Program-made: the position numbers and the translations under genes | Notes under the pieces: generated by a model | Databases searched by the model: none | What the model was told of the DNA's origin: nothing | The model's input: the letters and a program-made list of their open reading frames with translations, nothing else | Origin: Phoronis australis | Lineage: Eukaryota > Animalia > Phoronida | Length of the DNA stretch: 64,000 nt | NCBI GenBank assembly: GCA_002633005.1 | Contig: NMRA01000021.1 | Coordinates: 16,570-80,569 of the forward strand | Reading direction: 5' to 3' | Shown here: positions 53,151-64,000 of the stretch, piece by piece | Numbering within the stretch: position 1 is the first letter of the stretch | Layout: every line of letters begins with the position of its first letter

Positions 53151-53660
53151 ACCGGTTCATGGATTTCAATGAAAGTTGACACAGAGGTCAGTGATGTCAA
53201 TGAGCTGGTCCTATAAAATTTCTGGACTTATTTGACCACAATAGCACCGCCTAGTGGCCATGTTGTGTTCGACAAGGGGCTTTCCACATGTTGTTTGGGG
53301 GAGGAGCGTTTCCGATTGATATTTAGAGAACCAACTGACGTATTTTCGTGCTACATGACACAGAGGTTTGTGATGTCAATTCACCGTCACTATTTCATTT
53401 TTGGGCGGATTCGACCGTGCACTAACGCACCTAATAATGGCTATTTTGGGGCACAGCGTTTCCAGATGTGCAGAGATCTGGTTGACAGACTTACATGAAC
53501 TTTGACTCAGAGGTATATGATTTTAATGCGCAGGCATCATTTGACTTTCGGACTGATTCGACTACTACTGCAGCTCTTAATGGCCCATAGAAACATATTA
53601 TTAATTGCGATGCACCGTGGGTGCATGTCAACGCCACACCGTTGCTCTTGCTCGTTTTTC
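51440..53660. repeat. Tandem-repeat-rich Helitron/Helentron-like element(s) with (GT)n tracts
   Basis: Repeated GCACC(T/G)CCTAGTGGC and GACACAGAGGT motifs; (GT)n at about 51474 and 53103; GATGCAC..GTGCAT hairpin near 53610-53627. Confidence 0.5.
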
Positions 53661-54662
53661 GGCATCTCAGTAATGAGGAAACGCAGTTCTAGCAAAAGGC
53701 ATTGCTTTTCGCGACATAGTAAAAACAGATTTTTTCAAGCTGTCGTATATTTTTAATTCATTTATTTGAACTCCGCGAGGAGCAGTAATAATACTTTCAC
53801 ACATACATACACTTGACCTACGTCTTGGAGAAGAAATCCGTATTTTGCATTCGCCGTTCATGAACATCATTGGTAGCGTCCGTTTGGTCATTTGTGTTTT
53901 CAAAATGTTTCAGGCGAGGAACTTGAGATATTATGATAACAACATGAACACTAATTATGATAGCGGTAAGTTGTCTAAATACAAGGTTAGCCGTTTATTT
54001 GACGACCGAGTGAGAGCTAATATCCACATTGAACCAGAACGTTACATTGTGTGAGGTGGTTTAGGTCAATTTGGCTTATTTTACTAACTACATAAGAGAT
54101 ATTTGGGCACTGTCTATAAAACCCAATTGATACTTCATCATACCAGAAGTACATCCCAGCGCGCAAGCACCGAATCAGTATGTCAGACGATCCCTGTAAG
54201 CTGTTCTCTCGCGCATAGGATAATACTGCCCAGTGACAGACAGAGACGCCCGCCGATTTTCATTTCTACTCCCAATACATAACAATTTGGTATTTAACTT
54301 GAGCAGTGATCCCAGATACAAGAAATAAGACTGAGTTTAACAACGATTCAGCCAACCAGACACACAACTGTTTGCATTAATTCCGGCTTGAAGAATTGTT
54401 TTTATTAAATTTCGTTCTTACAAAAAGGACTAAAATGTTTCAAAATGCCTTCAAGAGTAATAATGTCAACTCGACCCACGACGTCTTCAAAAGGAAACAG
54501 TCTTTTTTCAATCCTAAACATCCATGAATACACAGTTGTAGGGATTGGTATATAAATTAGTGATTGCCGCAAACCGCTCACTTACAATTGCAACTGAGTG
54601 GGCTACATAGCCAGCTCAAAAACTTATTAAACCCCAAGCGTCTATGCTTTTTGTGTTGCAAA

Positions 54663-55307
54663 TTAAAGAACTTGCAATATATACACAATCCCTCCTTTTC
54701 CGATAAGGTATCCATCATGTTCCTTCATAGTTAACAACTTAGCTTTTCCCTCCTCTTCCAATTTTCTTATAGAACTCTTGTATTCCTCCGGCTTATATGG
54801 CGAGTCATACTCCCTGCACATTCCAAACACAACCAATCCTCCTTTTTTCACCACTCTAATGAACTCATGCAAGGCGTCGAACTGTAGACCTCCAGGATAG
54901 AACGATCCAGTAGCGACGGCCGCGTCATAGGCATCCGCCTCCAATCCTGGTGTCGGCGAAGACGAAACAAACTCACAGTAGATGTTCTTGTACAAATTCT
55001 TCTTTCTGGCACGTTCCAACATTTCCGCGTTTGCGTCGACGGCGTCGATGTTTGTAAAACCATACCGCTGAAGCTCTTGAGCGACTAATCCCGTTCCGGC
55101 GAGAAAATCAATGATACGAGCGTCTTTCCGAGAGCCCAACGCTTGAGAAAGATCTTCGGATGTCATAATGGGAGCTTGGTAAGTTTGCTCAGTTAAATCA
55201 TCGTCGTAATTATTTGCCCAACTATCATACTTAGAAACTCCTCCGGAATAGATATCATTCAACACTTCCTTCAAACTACCATTGTTCCTTAGTTCTTGAA
55301 CGTTCAT
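54663..55307 (-). CDS. METTL27: Intronless class I SAM-dependent methyltransferase, METTL27/WBSCR27-like
   Basis: Open 214-aa ORF: YDSWANNYDDDL..Y.AP, motif I IIDFLAGTGLVAQEL, GFTNIDAVD..EMLERARKKNLY, YDAAVATG, EFIRVVKKGG; family homolog, orthology unproven. Confidence 0.9.
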   Translation of the reverse strand: MNVQELRNNGSLKEVLNDIYSGGVSKYDSWANNYDDDLTEQTYQAPIMTSEDLSQALGSRKDARIIDFLAGTGLVAQELQRYGFTNIDAVDANAEMLERARKKNLYKNIYCEFVSSSPTPGLEADAYDAAVATGSFYPGGLQFDALHEFIRVVKKGGLVVFGMCREYDSPYKPEEYKSSIRKLEEEGKAKLLTMKEHDGYLIGKGGIVYILQVL

Positions 55308-56666
55308 CCTTCCACTGGATATCGAGTCTCAAACGCAAAGCAAATATGACCTTTATTGAAACTGTTGCCTCAGTCTTAATAGTATAAGTTTATCGGTGTG
55401 AGAAACCGCTATTCAAGCCGAGTGAAGCTGTGCCCGATTTAGGCGATGAGTAGCACAACCGGGGGGTACTACCTTAGAAGCCCAAAACGAGATGTGGTGC
55501 CCAAATGGATGACTCTTTCATGATCAGTTTCACTACAAAATGCTGTCATTGCGATAGAAATTATGAAAGGATGCCTTTTCCGATTTTATTCCCTACAAAA
55601 TAATTCCTTTTTGGATTTAGGAACTCTACATAAGGGTAATTTTCCTACCACAAAAATCTACAATTTTTAATATTCTTTGAAGGCCGTTTTTAAAGCTTTG
55701 AATGCAAAAGACATTCTCATTTTTGACAACGTGTCATCTATTATTGTACTGTTTTAGGCATCGGGGAGGCATTCCTTCATTTTTGACTGGGAGATTGTCA
55801 CCATTGGGGGCGCCACAGTAGTCATACTTTTCTCTAACAGGAACGCACTTGCTGCCATTTATGATTTTCTTCAAGCGATTTGACCTATTCGGACACGAAC
55901 GACAAAAAATCAGACATAAATAAAACTGGATCCTAACGGTTGCAGCATGAGTCACATCCACTTGAAACAAAGAAGCTGTCATCTCCTTGATAGAAATTAA
56001 TTTGTCAAATTTTGTGAACACCCATCTAGGAACTTTGTAGATATTTAGACATACACCAAGAAAACTTTTATTGCCCATAAAAGGCCTATTCAATTTGTCG
56101 GATTAGAATTTATATTAACATTTTGGGACTAGAGTCTTTTATTCCAATAAACATAAAATATAATATGATAACTTTCTTTGGATTTCTGTTGCAAAAAGCG
56201 TCCTCTAGCTGAATTGCTAACCCGTTTGTGAACCCTTTCGCATGGAATATATCGGAAAAGGCAGCCTTAAAAATCCCCCGTCGTGCCGTCCTGGTACTCT
56301 ACCTTTTTGATATACACCTACCGATATTGTGCAATGTAGCTGTATGGTCCCATGAAATTAGCCAAATGAGCCGGTTTTTGCAATTTAAAAACTTTTCAGC
56401 CAATTCATTGGTCAACAGATGTTACAACCTTGTCGGCGAAATGAAACGCACTTTTACGTAACGTGGTTACAAGACTAGGCTGATATTTCACAGTTTTGCA
56501 GTCACTGGGAGTGGCATGGACATGGAGTGTCTGATTAGATATCACTATACTAAACACAGTTGGATGAGCGTGCGAGGTTATCGAACTCAAACAGTTTGTT
56601 AAATTGTAAGTAAGTGATAATTTATAGATAAACCCTGTCTGCTTTGACTTTTTAAAAAAAAAATTG

Positions 56667-58022
56667 GGGGCCACGCCGTTGATTGTGTTAGTAGTTGATA
56701 CTCATATTGAATATTCAGTAGGAATGACGTGTACAATGAGTTTCATTCAGAATATCTGTTTGCCTTGTTAGTTTCCATCTTCAAAGCACTAGTTGAAGTC
56801 GTACCCGGCCGAACTTCGGAATATAATTCTCCGTTCTGATTTGCTGCTAATACCTCACTTTTTATTCCGCGGAAAGAGGAAATATAGGCAACCTGTTTAT
56901 TTGGGCTATAAAATATAATTCTGAAGTTATGACCCATGGAAGTTTGTCAGGTGAACTTCAAAAATGTGACTAATGGGTCGACAAGATGTGAAGATAGTAT
57001 TTACCTATGAATGCGTTAAAAGTTTGTCGAGTGTGCAGCAAAGATCTGACTATTTTGCGACAATGTGTGACCGCCGCGATGGAGTCCATGTTTGTTGGGT
57101 ATGGGTACATAGCAAAAAATAATTATTTGTCCAACAAGCTGTGACGTTACAGTAACCAATGAGATCGCTGAAAGTTTGTCGGTTCAATAGCAAAACTTCA
57201 CTATTTGAACGATGAGGATGTGTAGCGTTGCGTTAGCCAATGAAATCGTTGAAAAGTTTGTCGGTGAACTAGCAAATGTCTGATTACTTAACCGAAAAGC
57301 CATGACGTCACAAAATCCACCATTGACATGGTTGAATGCTTTGTAGGGTANGGGGCCACGCCGTTGATTGTGTTAGTAGTTGATACTCATATTGAATATT
57401 CAGTAGGAATGACGTGTACAATGAGTTTCATTCAGAATATCTGTTTGCCTTGTTAGTTTCCATCTTCAAAGCACTAGTTGAAGTCGTACCCGGACGAACT
57501 TCGAAATATAATTCTCCGTTCTGATTTGCTGCTAATACCTCACTTTTTATTCCGCGGAAAGAGGAAATATAGGCAACCTGTTTATTTGGGCTATAAAATA
57601 TAATTCTGAAGTTATGACCCATGGAAGTTTGTCAGGTGAACTTCAAAAATCTGACTAATGGGTCGACAAGATGTGACAATAGTATTTACTAATGAATGCG
57701 TTAAAAGTTTGTCGAGTGTGCAGCAAAGATCGGACTATTTTGCGAACATTGTGGGACAACCACGATGGAGCCCATGTTTGTTGGGTACATAGCAAAAATA
57801 TTTGTCCGACAAGCTGTGACGCTACAGTAACCAATGAGATCGCTGAAAGTTTGTCGGTTCAATAGCAAAACTTCACTATTTGAACGACGAGGATGTGTAG
57901 CGTTGCGTTAGCCAATGAAATCGTTGAAAAGTTTGTCGGTGAACTAGCAAATGTCTGATTATTTAACCGAAAAGCCATGACGTCACAAAATCCACCAATG
58001 ACATGGTTGACTGCTTTGTAGG
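56667..58022. repeat. About 680-bp direct duplication across the single n at 57351, with internal AAGTTTGTC sub-repeats
   Basis: 56667-57350 vs 57352-58022 near-identical with SNPs and small indels; likely two haplotypes. Confidence 0.85.
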
Positions 58023-58318
58023 GTAAATAGTAAATATCAGTTTATTTGACCGACCTGTCGGTAACTTGCTAGTATTTTGTCCAACTGAATAGAGTTGATG
58101 ATGCGACTAGAATGTCTTCACCCCACGACTACCTAGTTCACATACCTTCTGCTGAACTAATGTCCTGCACCGACTTGACAACTGAATCAGCGCCTGAGAC
58201 TTCACATACAATAGTGCTTGGTAATTAAGAACAAAAAACGTGTTGATGCAAGCCGAAGGCTGAAAATGTGCTTCAGTTCAAAACACTCCTGGACTCCACC
58301 TTCTCACTTTTTAAATCT

Positions 58319-58628
58319 TAGCGGAGACCAGGATTTTGGGGGGCCAGGGCACAGGAATAACCAGAACTTCACCACATGCGCGCGCCAAGCCTAAAATGTA
58401 GGAATGCAGGGGTCTCGAATTTTTGGGTTTGTGGACCTTAAATTGCTATAAAAAACGGAAAACGGGGTTTGTTCAAGGCCTATGCATTGTGCATTCGCCC
58501 CCGAGCCCCCTGGGTGCGCGCATATAATAGTCAGCAATTCGTACTCCGAACTGCCAAGTGGTACCTGGGAGAATTTTAGGCGGGATGCCATGGCTCCCTT
58601 GCCCCCTGCCCCCTAAATCCGCCACTGG
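58319..58628. mobile_element. Family B MITE with a nested family A MITE (58375-58524)
   Basis: Right end AAATCCGCCACTG; inner CATGCGCGCGCCAAGCCTAAAAT...CTGGGTGCGCGCAT; TSDs not clean. Confidence 0.6.
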
Positions 58629-60657
58629 AGACCTCTTCATTCATGGCCTGACAAAAATAGGAGAATTTTAGGGGTTCGCCACCGGTGGGTTAGACCTCGT
58701 AATAACTCCTGAGTGTTGTATTGTGGGACAGTTTTACTTTCGTAATGACAGTCAAGCTTTTTACAAGTGTCTGTTGTCATTGAACACAACTGGCTTGAAG
58801 CGAGATGACCTTGAAGATGTTGACAATAACGCGACAACACACTTGTCTCACAAACCCCACGACTTGACGTTGTGCGCTATGCGATCTTCCATTGAGTCAG
58901 ACCATATGATATCGACTCGTTGAAGCGTGTTATTACTTTGATAAGCTTATTATGATATCAAACTATCTGATGCGTGTTAGTTTTAATCATTGACATGTTT
59001 ATTACAAATCAGTTTACTAAGTCAGATATTGCACAATAATTTCAGTATGCAGAGTTCATTTCGTAGTAAACAAGAATTTGAGCTGGGTAGTTAGGCTTAG
59101 TAATCGTCACCCCAGATACGGCATCATGTTTTCGGAATTCTTCTTTTGAAGATATTTGAACAGGCAAAGGAAATATCCTTTTATCTGAGACGCATAATGT
59201 GAGCTCAACTCACAAAGCTGGATTTACATTATTCGATCCGTTGAATACTGGGATAAATACAGTTTGCGCAATTCTCTTCTTTATCATTTGCGGCACATCT
59301 GCCCAGAACTGTGTGCTGTAGCACGTACTGTGACATAACCAGAAGTGTTCAACAGGAGTGAAAACGTGGTGGCCGGGAGTTGAAATGACTTTACAAAAGA
59401 ACAGGGGGACAAGCTCAACAGTGTCAATTTAGAGAAGGCTTATTTTGGAAGTAGCATAGGTCCATGGCCCCTGTGCCCCATCCCACCACCACGTGTCTAC
59501 ACCAGTGCTAGAACACAAGAGTGCTGTCTAACTACGCATATACCCCCAGACTTCAGCCACTTTCACACCTGCCTGCAGCACATCCGCTTCAGGTATTCGA
59601 GTAGTAAATGCACTTAAATATTATGTAATCTAGTGTTTAAGCGAACAAAAGTAATACTGCACTACTGTTTAGTGACAACGCGATTTAGACCCAGTAAGAC
59701 GAATAAAAATCCACAGTTGCATCACAGAGCCAAAAATTATGTAGTTCTTTGACATTTTCTCATTACGTTAACCACGAGAGCATTTTTGTACTTGAAATTG
59801 GTACAAAATCATGTTTTTGGATTAATCAGTGTGTGCCGACGACGGCTCCATCCATTGTACGTCCCCGAGAAAGATTGAGATTTGCCAGGTCCATGGCAGG
59901 TAATAATTTTCAAAGTGCTTCATAATTTAAAGAGCTCTATCACACCTGGCCCTAAGTATTACTTATTGCTTTAAATTTTAGCATTTAGTTTATTTTCTCC
60001 AGTCCCGCCTCTTGTTCTTCTCTTCTATTTCCCCTTCATCGTGATTTTTGTTACATCTGCCGTGTGCAGTCACGGTATTTCCTCCCTTATTTCGCACAAA
60101 AATATTTATTTTTTCATTTCTCGATTTTTCAAAAGCTGATTGCCCTACAGCGAATATTCGAGACATCACCAAATATTGTTTTGAAACTTCTACACATGCA
60201 AGCCAAGTGTAAAAATCATTTTTGCGGAAATATTTGACAAAATAAAGATTCACAAGGCCGTCATATTGCTCGCTAAGTAGGTGAAGAATTATCGTACGCT
60301 AAAAATTTAACATCATGGTAAGAGATCCCGCTTCTTTTCTTTTCTTGACTTTTTGTTTACAGGTGTCGGCGTTTTATCCACAACGGTTGGAACTCTATCG
60401 GCCCAGGAAAGAGATGTTCCTTTTCTCTCGTAGTTCCGCCTCTCGTTCTTTTTTTCTTCTTTTTCGGTATCACCACCCTTTTGGTTACATTTGTGGCCTG
60501 CAAATTAAATGGTTACGGTGCAGCAGGCATGGGTCAAGTCAACAAAAATGCTCTTCCCTCTATTTGGCTACTCGAAAGAAGAGACGAATGAAAATGCTAT
60601 AGACCATTTAGCCATAGAAAACAAGTTATGAAACGTTCCTAACCCAGTATCATGTCG

Positions 60658-61580
60658 TAGGGCGTATGAGTAGAAACTGTCGCCCGACAATTACGCACGC
60701 AGGGGGCATAAAGATATTTTCAACGAGCGTGAATTACGAGCGTACCTTTCCAACGTAAAATACGAGCGTAAATCACGAGCGTACATTTACGAACGTAAGA
60801 TTGGATCTGACAACTTTTTGTAGGACCCGGGAAAAATGGACAAATTTGACTACCTTCGCGACATCAGAAATGGCTGATTGGATTCATTTGAAACTTTTAG
60901 ATAGTATGCTTTATGCGCTGTTCTCCAAACAGGTTTTAGGAATTTTAAAGCGCCCTGCTTTTGAATCAGAGGCTATCATAAAACGAAAATAAAGTGATAA
61001 GTTACACAACAGTAACTATAGCGTTTTGTTGTTTTATCTTGGACATTCTTAGCTAATGAAATTAAGTCGTGTTATCGTTGTCTAGCTATGAATGTAACTT
61101 TTTTTGCAAAATTTTACCAAAAAGGCATGATCACGAGACCCAAGTGGTTATACTTTAAAAGTATAGAGTAAAAAATCAAATTCTACAGCGTTTTTTCTCT
61201 CAGAAAATATATACTGTCGCTGATTTAAATTTAATTCTGTAGTTTTGTAGATATTTGACCAATATATGCATAGACTTGTCGATAAGGTCCTACATAACCT
61301 TCAGGCTCGAAATATATAAGGTAGACGTTTTTCGCTCGTCGTTTTAATTAAGTTTTTCGCTCTACGTTCATCGTCTTACAAGCGTGATAAAATGAGTGTA
61401 ATATATGAGCGTAATTCTACGGGGGTACATGATTTTGATGTCATTGTTTTCTCACATGACTTGCAACCTAATCTTTTATTGGACAGAACGATTACGCTCG
61501 TAAAACGCGGACGTGAAAAGTTTTTAAAGTATAATATACTCCCGTAATTTACCAATGTTATGTACGGATAACAGTTTCAC
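60658..61580. mobile_element. Unclassified non-autonomous element with subterminal ACGAGCGT repeats
   Basis: Several (T)ACGAGCGT units at 60720-60800, inverted TTACGCTCGTAA at about 61492; GAAACTGT / ACAGTTTC near the ends. Confidence 0.35.
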
Positions 61581-61971
61581 CCCAGCAATTAAACAGAAGG
61601 AAATGCTGTTACTGGTGAATAAACAAAAGTTGCGCTAAAATTTCATGTAGGATTTCAGACCCGTGTTTTCTGTCGAAGAACACAAGTTTTGATTTAGCCC
61701 GCGTTCCCTTACAAAATTAATCTTTCCTTGTTCCTTACTCAGGTTAGAGGAGAAGTTTGGCCTCGGGAAGAACTTACTCATAAAATTTCAGGTGACGGCG
61801 TAACCTGAAAATTCACGAGTTTGATTTGAAGAAATGACAACCTGTCAGTTCTTCGGAAGACCTGAAACCATCTCCAAATTGTCTAAGGAACCATTTGAGG
61901 CCACTTTCGTCATGGCAACTGGTGCCAACCCAAAGTTGGCTTTTGTGATGTACATACAGTAGACTACTTAC

Positions 61972-62241
61972 AAATTAACCATCCCGTGACAAGAACAACA
62001 GTCGCAACGCCAATGCCGCAACACGCAGCGTAGATCATTGGAAGAAGATCCCTCTTGCACGTTTCGCTGCTCGTGTGTACAACTCGTTGATCGTTATCAT
62101 GACGACATTTGCAGCTGACTTGGAACTTGCAGCCGTACAAAAAGTGTTGACTGGCTGTTGTGTTGCAGTGACAGTCGCTGGCAATCACAGGTGGAGCTTT
62201 GGTCGCTTTCTGGCATGGAGTTACCAAACATTCGCGGCTGT
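61972..62241 (-). CDS. Cys-rich juxtamembrane plus transmembrane exon of a second membrane-protein gene
   Basis: 270 nt, phase 1-1, TTTTTAG acceptor, GTAAGT donor; DSRECLVTPC..CHC..CKC..LLPMIYAACCGIGVATVVLVTGWLI. Confidence 0.7.
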
Positions 62242-63615
62242 CTAAAAATATATATGAAACGTAAAGAAAAATGTATGCATGCATGCATGTATGTATGTAT
62301 ATATGTATATAACAGAATAGTGTCAAAAATGCTATTTTTAAATCCAAATCCATGTTATGCACGACTTTGATAATATGATGTTGGAAACGCCCTATGGCCA
62401 TAGTCCTGTATTTGGAAAGCCTGCACGAAGTCTTACAAACCTCATGCAGATTCTATGCAGACAGGTCCTTATCTGTAACAGTTTTTGACCTGTTAACACA
62501 CCATTACGACAACAGATGTGGGACAAAAATCCTTCTTTTTGTCTCACTAAGTCTAATTTCGCAGCCCAGTCGCCATTCCTGTTGCTAACCAAATCAACGT
62601 TTTGTATCGTTCAATTGAGCATTTGCCCTAAAAATCGACAATTGCTTGGTATTTCTACACTGCCATAAGCTTTTCGACAACGTGTACGACGGTAAACTAT
62701 CATGGAATGACGCTTTTCCCCAATTTTCTGCAATCAGAGCTGTGTTCCTAGCACGTTTCCTGCAATAAAAGTTTTCGCGAAATATCGCCATACATCAAAA
62801 GCGAAGCACCTGATCGCACTAACAGACAGTGATCAGTTCCTCCAACAGTTATGACAGTAACCACTTTTGGAGAATTTGTTAATTACGAGCATTTCGGTAA
62901 TAGCTAAATCTCATGAAAAAGGTTCACCACAATACTGATAATGGTGGAATAAACTCGCCCTCTGTTCAAATACTAACTTTTAGTTTAAGCCACTAAGGTT
63001 CGTGATCATTGCATTTCTTCTATGTTACTGTTTCTTATTAGAAATAGCTTAGTTGTTTACTTACCCCAAACAACCAGCGTGTAGCACTTCATTTCACTTG
63101 TTTTCCTTGAATATGAAAACATAAAGATGAAGCATAGATTAATGAGTTTGTTTTATATCTGAATTTTGTTGAATCTCCCAGCTGTTTCGTTCGTATGGGA
63201 AATACTTTTGGCGATTATTGAGAGTCGATTTGATCCTGTTTGTGTTTAATTCTGGCCTTAGGAATAACGAAAACTGCCAAATTGAGTTTACTGTCCCTGA
63301 AACGCCTTGACTAAAATATTGTACAACAAACTAACCCGCTATTATTAGGAAGCGCCGGGAGTAATTTTGGGTTTACAGTCTTAGCTTCCAGGTTTAGTCT
63401 ATTCCAAAAAGCAACTCGATAACTCTCCGGTAACTAGCCTGTACACGAGTGTGCATTGAGGTGATAGATTGTAGAAAAAAGCTGATTTGTGAAGACTGCC
63501 AACAGCGAAAAGCAACCATGTTTTCCATATCACATTAATTGGGGAGGCGAATAAGGATAAAGTGATAAACGCAGACGAGCTCCCAAAACAGACATCGAGA
63601 GTCACTTTTTCTCAC

Positions 63616-63780
63616 CCAGTGGTATCCCTTGTTACGTCACAAATCACGTGATACCCTTCCTGCTCCTTTACCGGTGTCCAATAGACAGCAGCATACGATA
63701 CTGTGGACCGGCCTTGGTCGTCGTCTCTTACAGAAGTCCTCATTATTCCTTTGGGGCCACTTATCAGAAATTTGCTGATT
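63616..63780 (-). CDS. Extracellular beta-strand-rich exon of the second membrane-protein gene
   Basis: 165 nt, phase 2-2, pyrimidine tract plus CAG acceptor, GTGAG donor; ISKFLISGPKGI..VSYAAVYWTP..GYHVICDVTRDTTG. Confidence 0.65.
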
Positions 63781-64000
63781 CTGTTTGAAATAGAAAAAGA
63801 AATTAAAGGTACGCATCGTGTCTTCAAAACTCTCTTGGGACGGTTTTATGGAATTTGAATATCGAGGCAATTTCTCGTTCATAACCATGCTGCAGTGTAG
63901 GTATGGAACTTATCAAACAAAGTTAAAATTTATAAATGCCGCACCAAGAATAGCTCTGATAGTAGCACTTTTCTCCATTCCACTAGCCAAAAAGATAATT

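Noticed and set aside
56667-58022. Real tandem segmental duplication
   Set aside because: The junction is exactly a single n, typical of uncollapsed haplotype overlap

Overview
AT-rich, intron-containing eukaryotic DNA that looks like a marine invertebrate draft assembly (one 678-N gap, several single-n joins with duplicated flanks). Most of the window is decayed transposable elements, often nested: three copies of a CCC-ended CACTA/EnSpm-like non-autonomous element, an Academ-like long-TIR element, hAT elements and MITEs with 5-bp or 8-bp TSDs, a Penelope-like RT relic split by a MITE and a solo LTR, Kolobok-like elements with convergent THAP and acidic ORF remnants, two inverted copies of an ISL2EU-like element (THAP plus SAP/YqaJ relics), and tandem-repeat-rich Helitron-like elements. 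Host genes are all on the minus strand: an intact intronless METTL27/WBSCR27-like methyltransferase (54663-55307); 3' exons of a Cys-rich single-pass membrane protein (61.8-63.8 kb); and a possibly decaying Ig-superfamily receptor (about 25.4-44.8 kb). The most unusual feature is an array of five tandemly duplicated 36-nt phase-1 micro-exons (consensus DTxKPTGxGEGG) in that receptor locus, invisible to the ORF track. All calls come from manual reading; no database searches were run.
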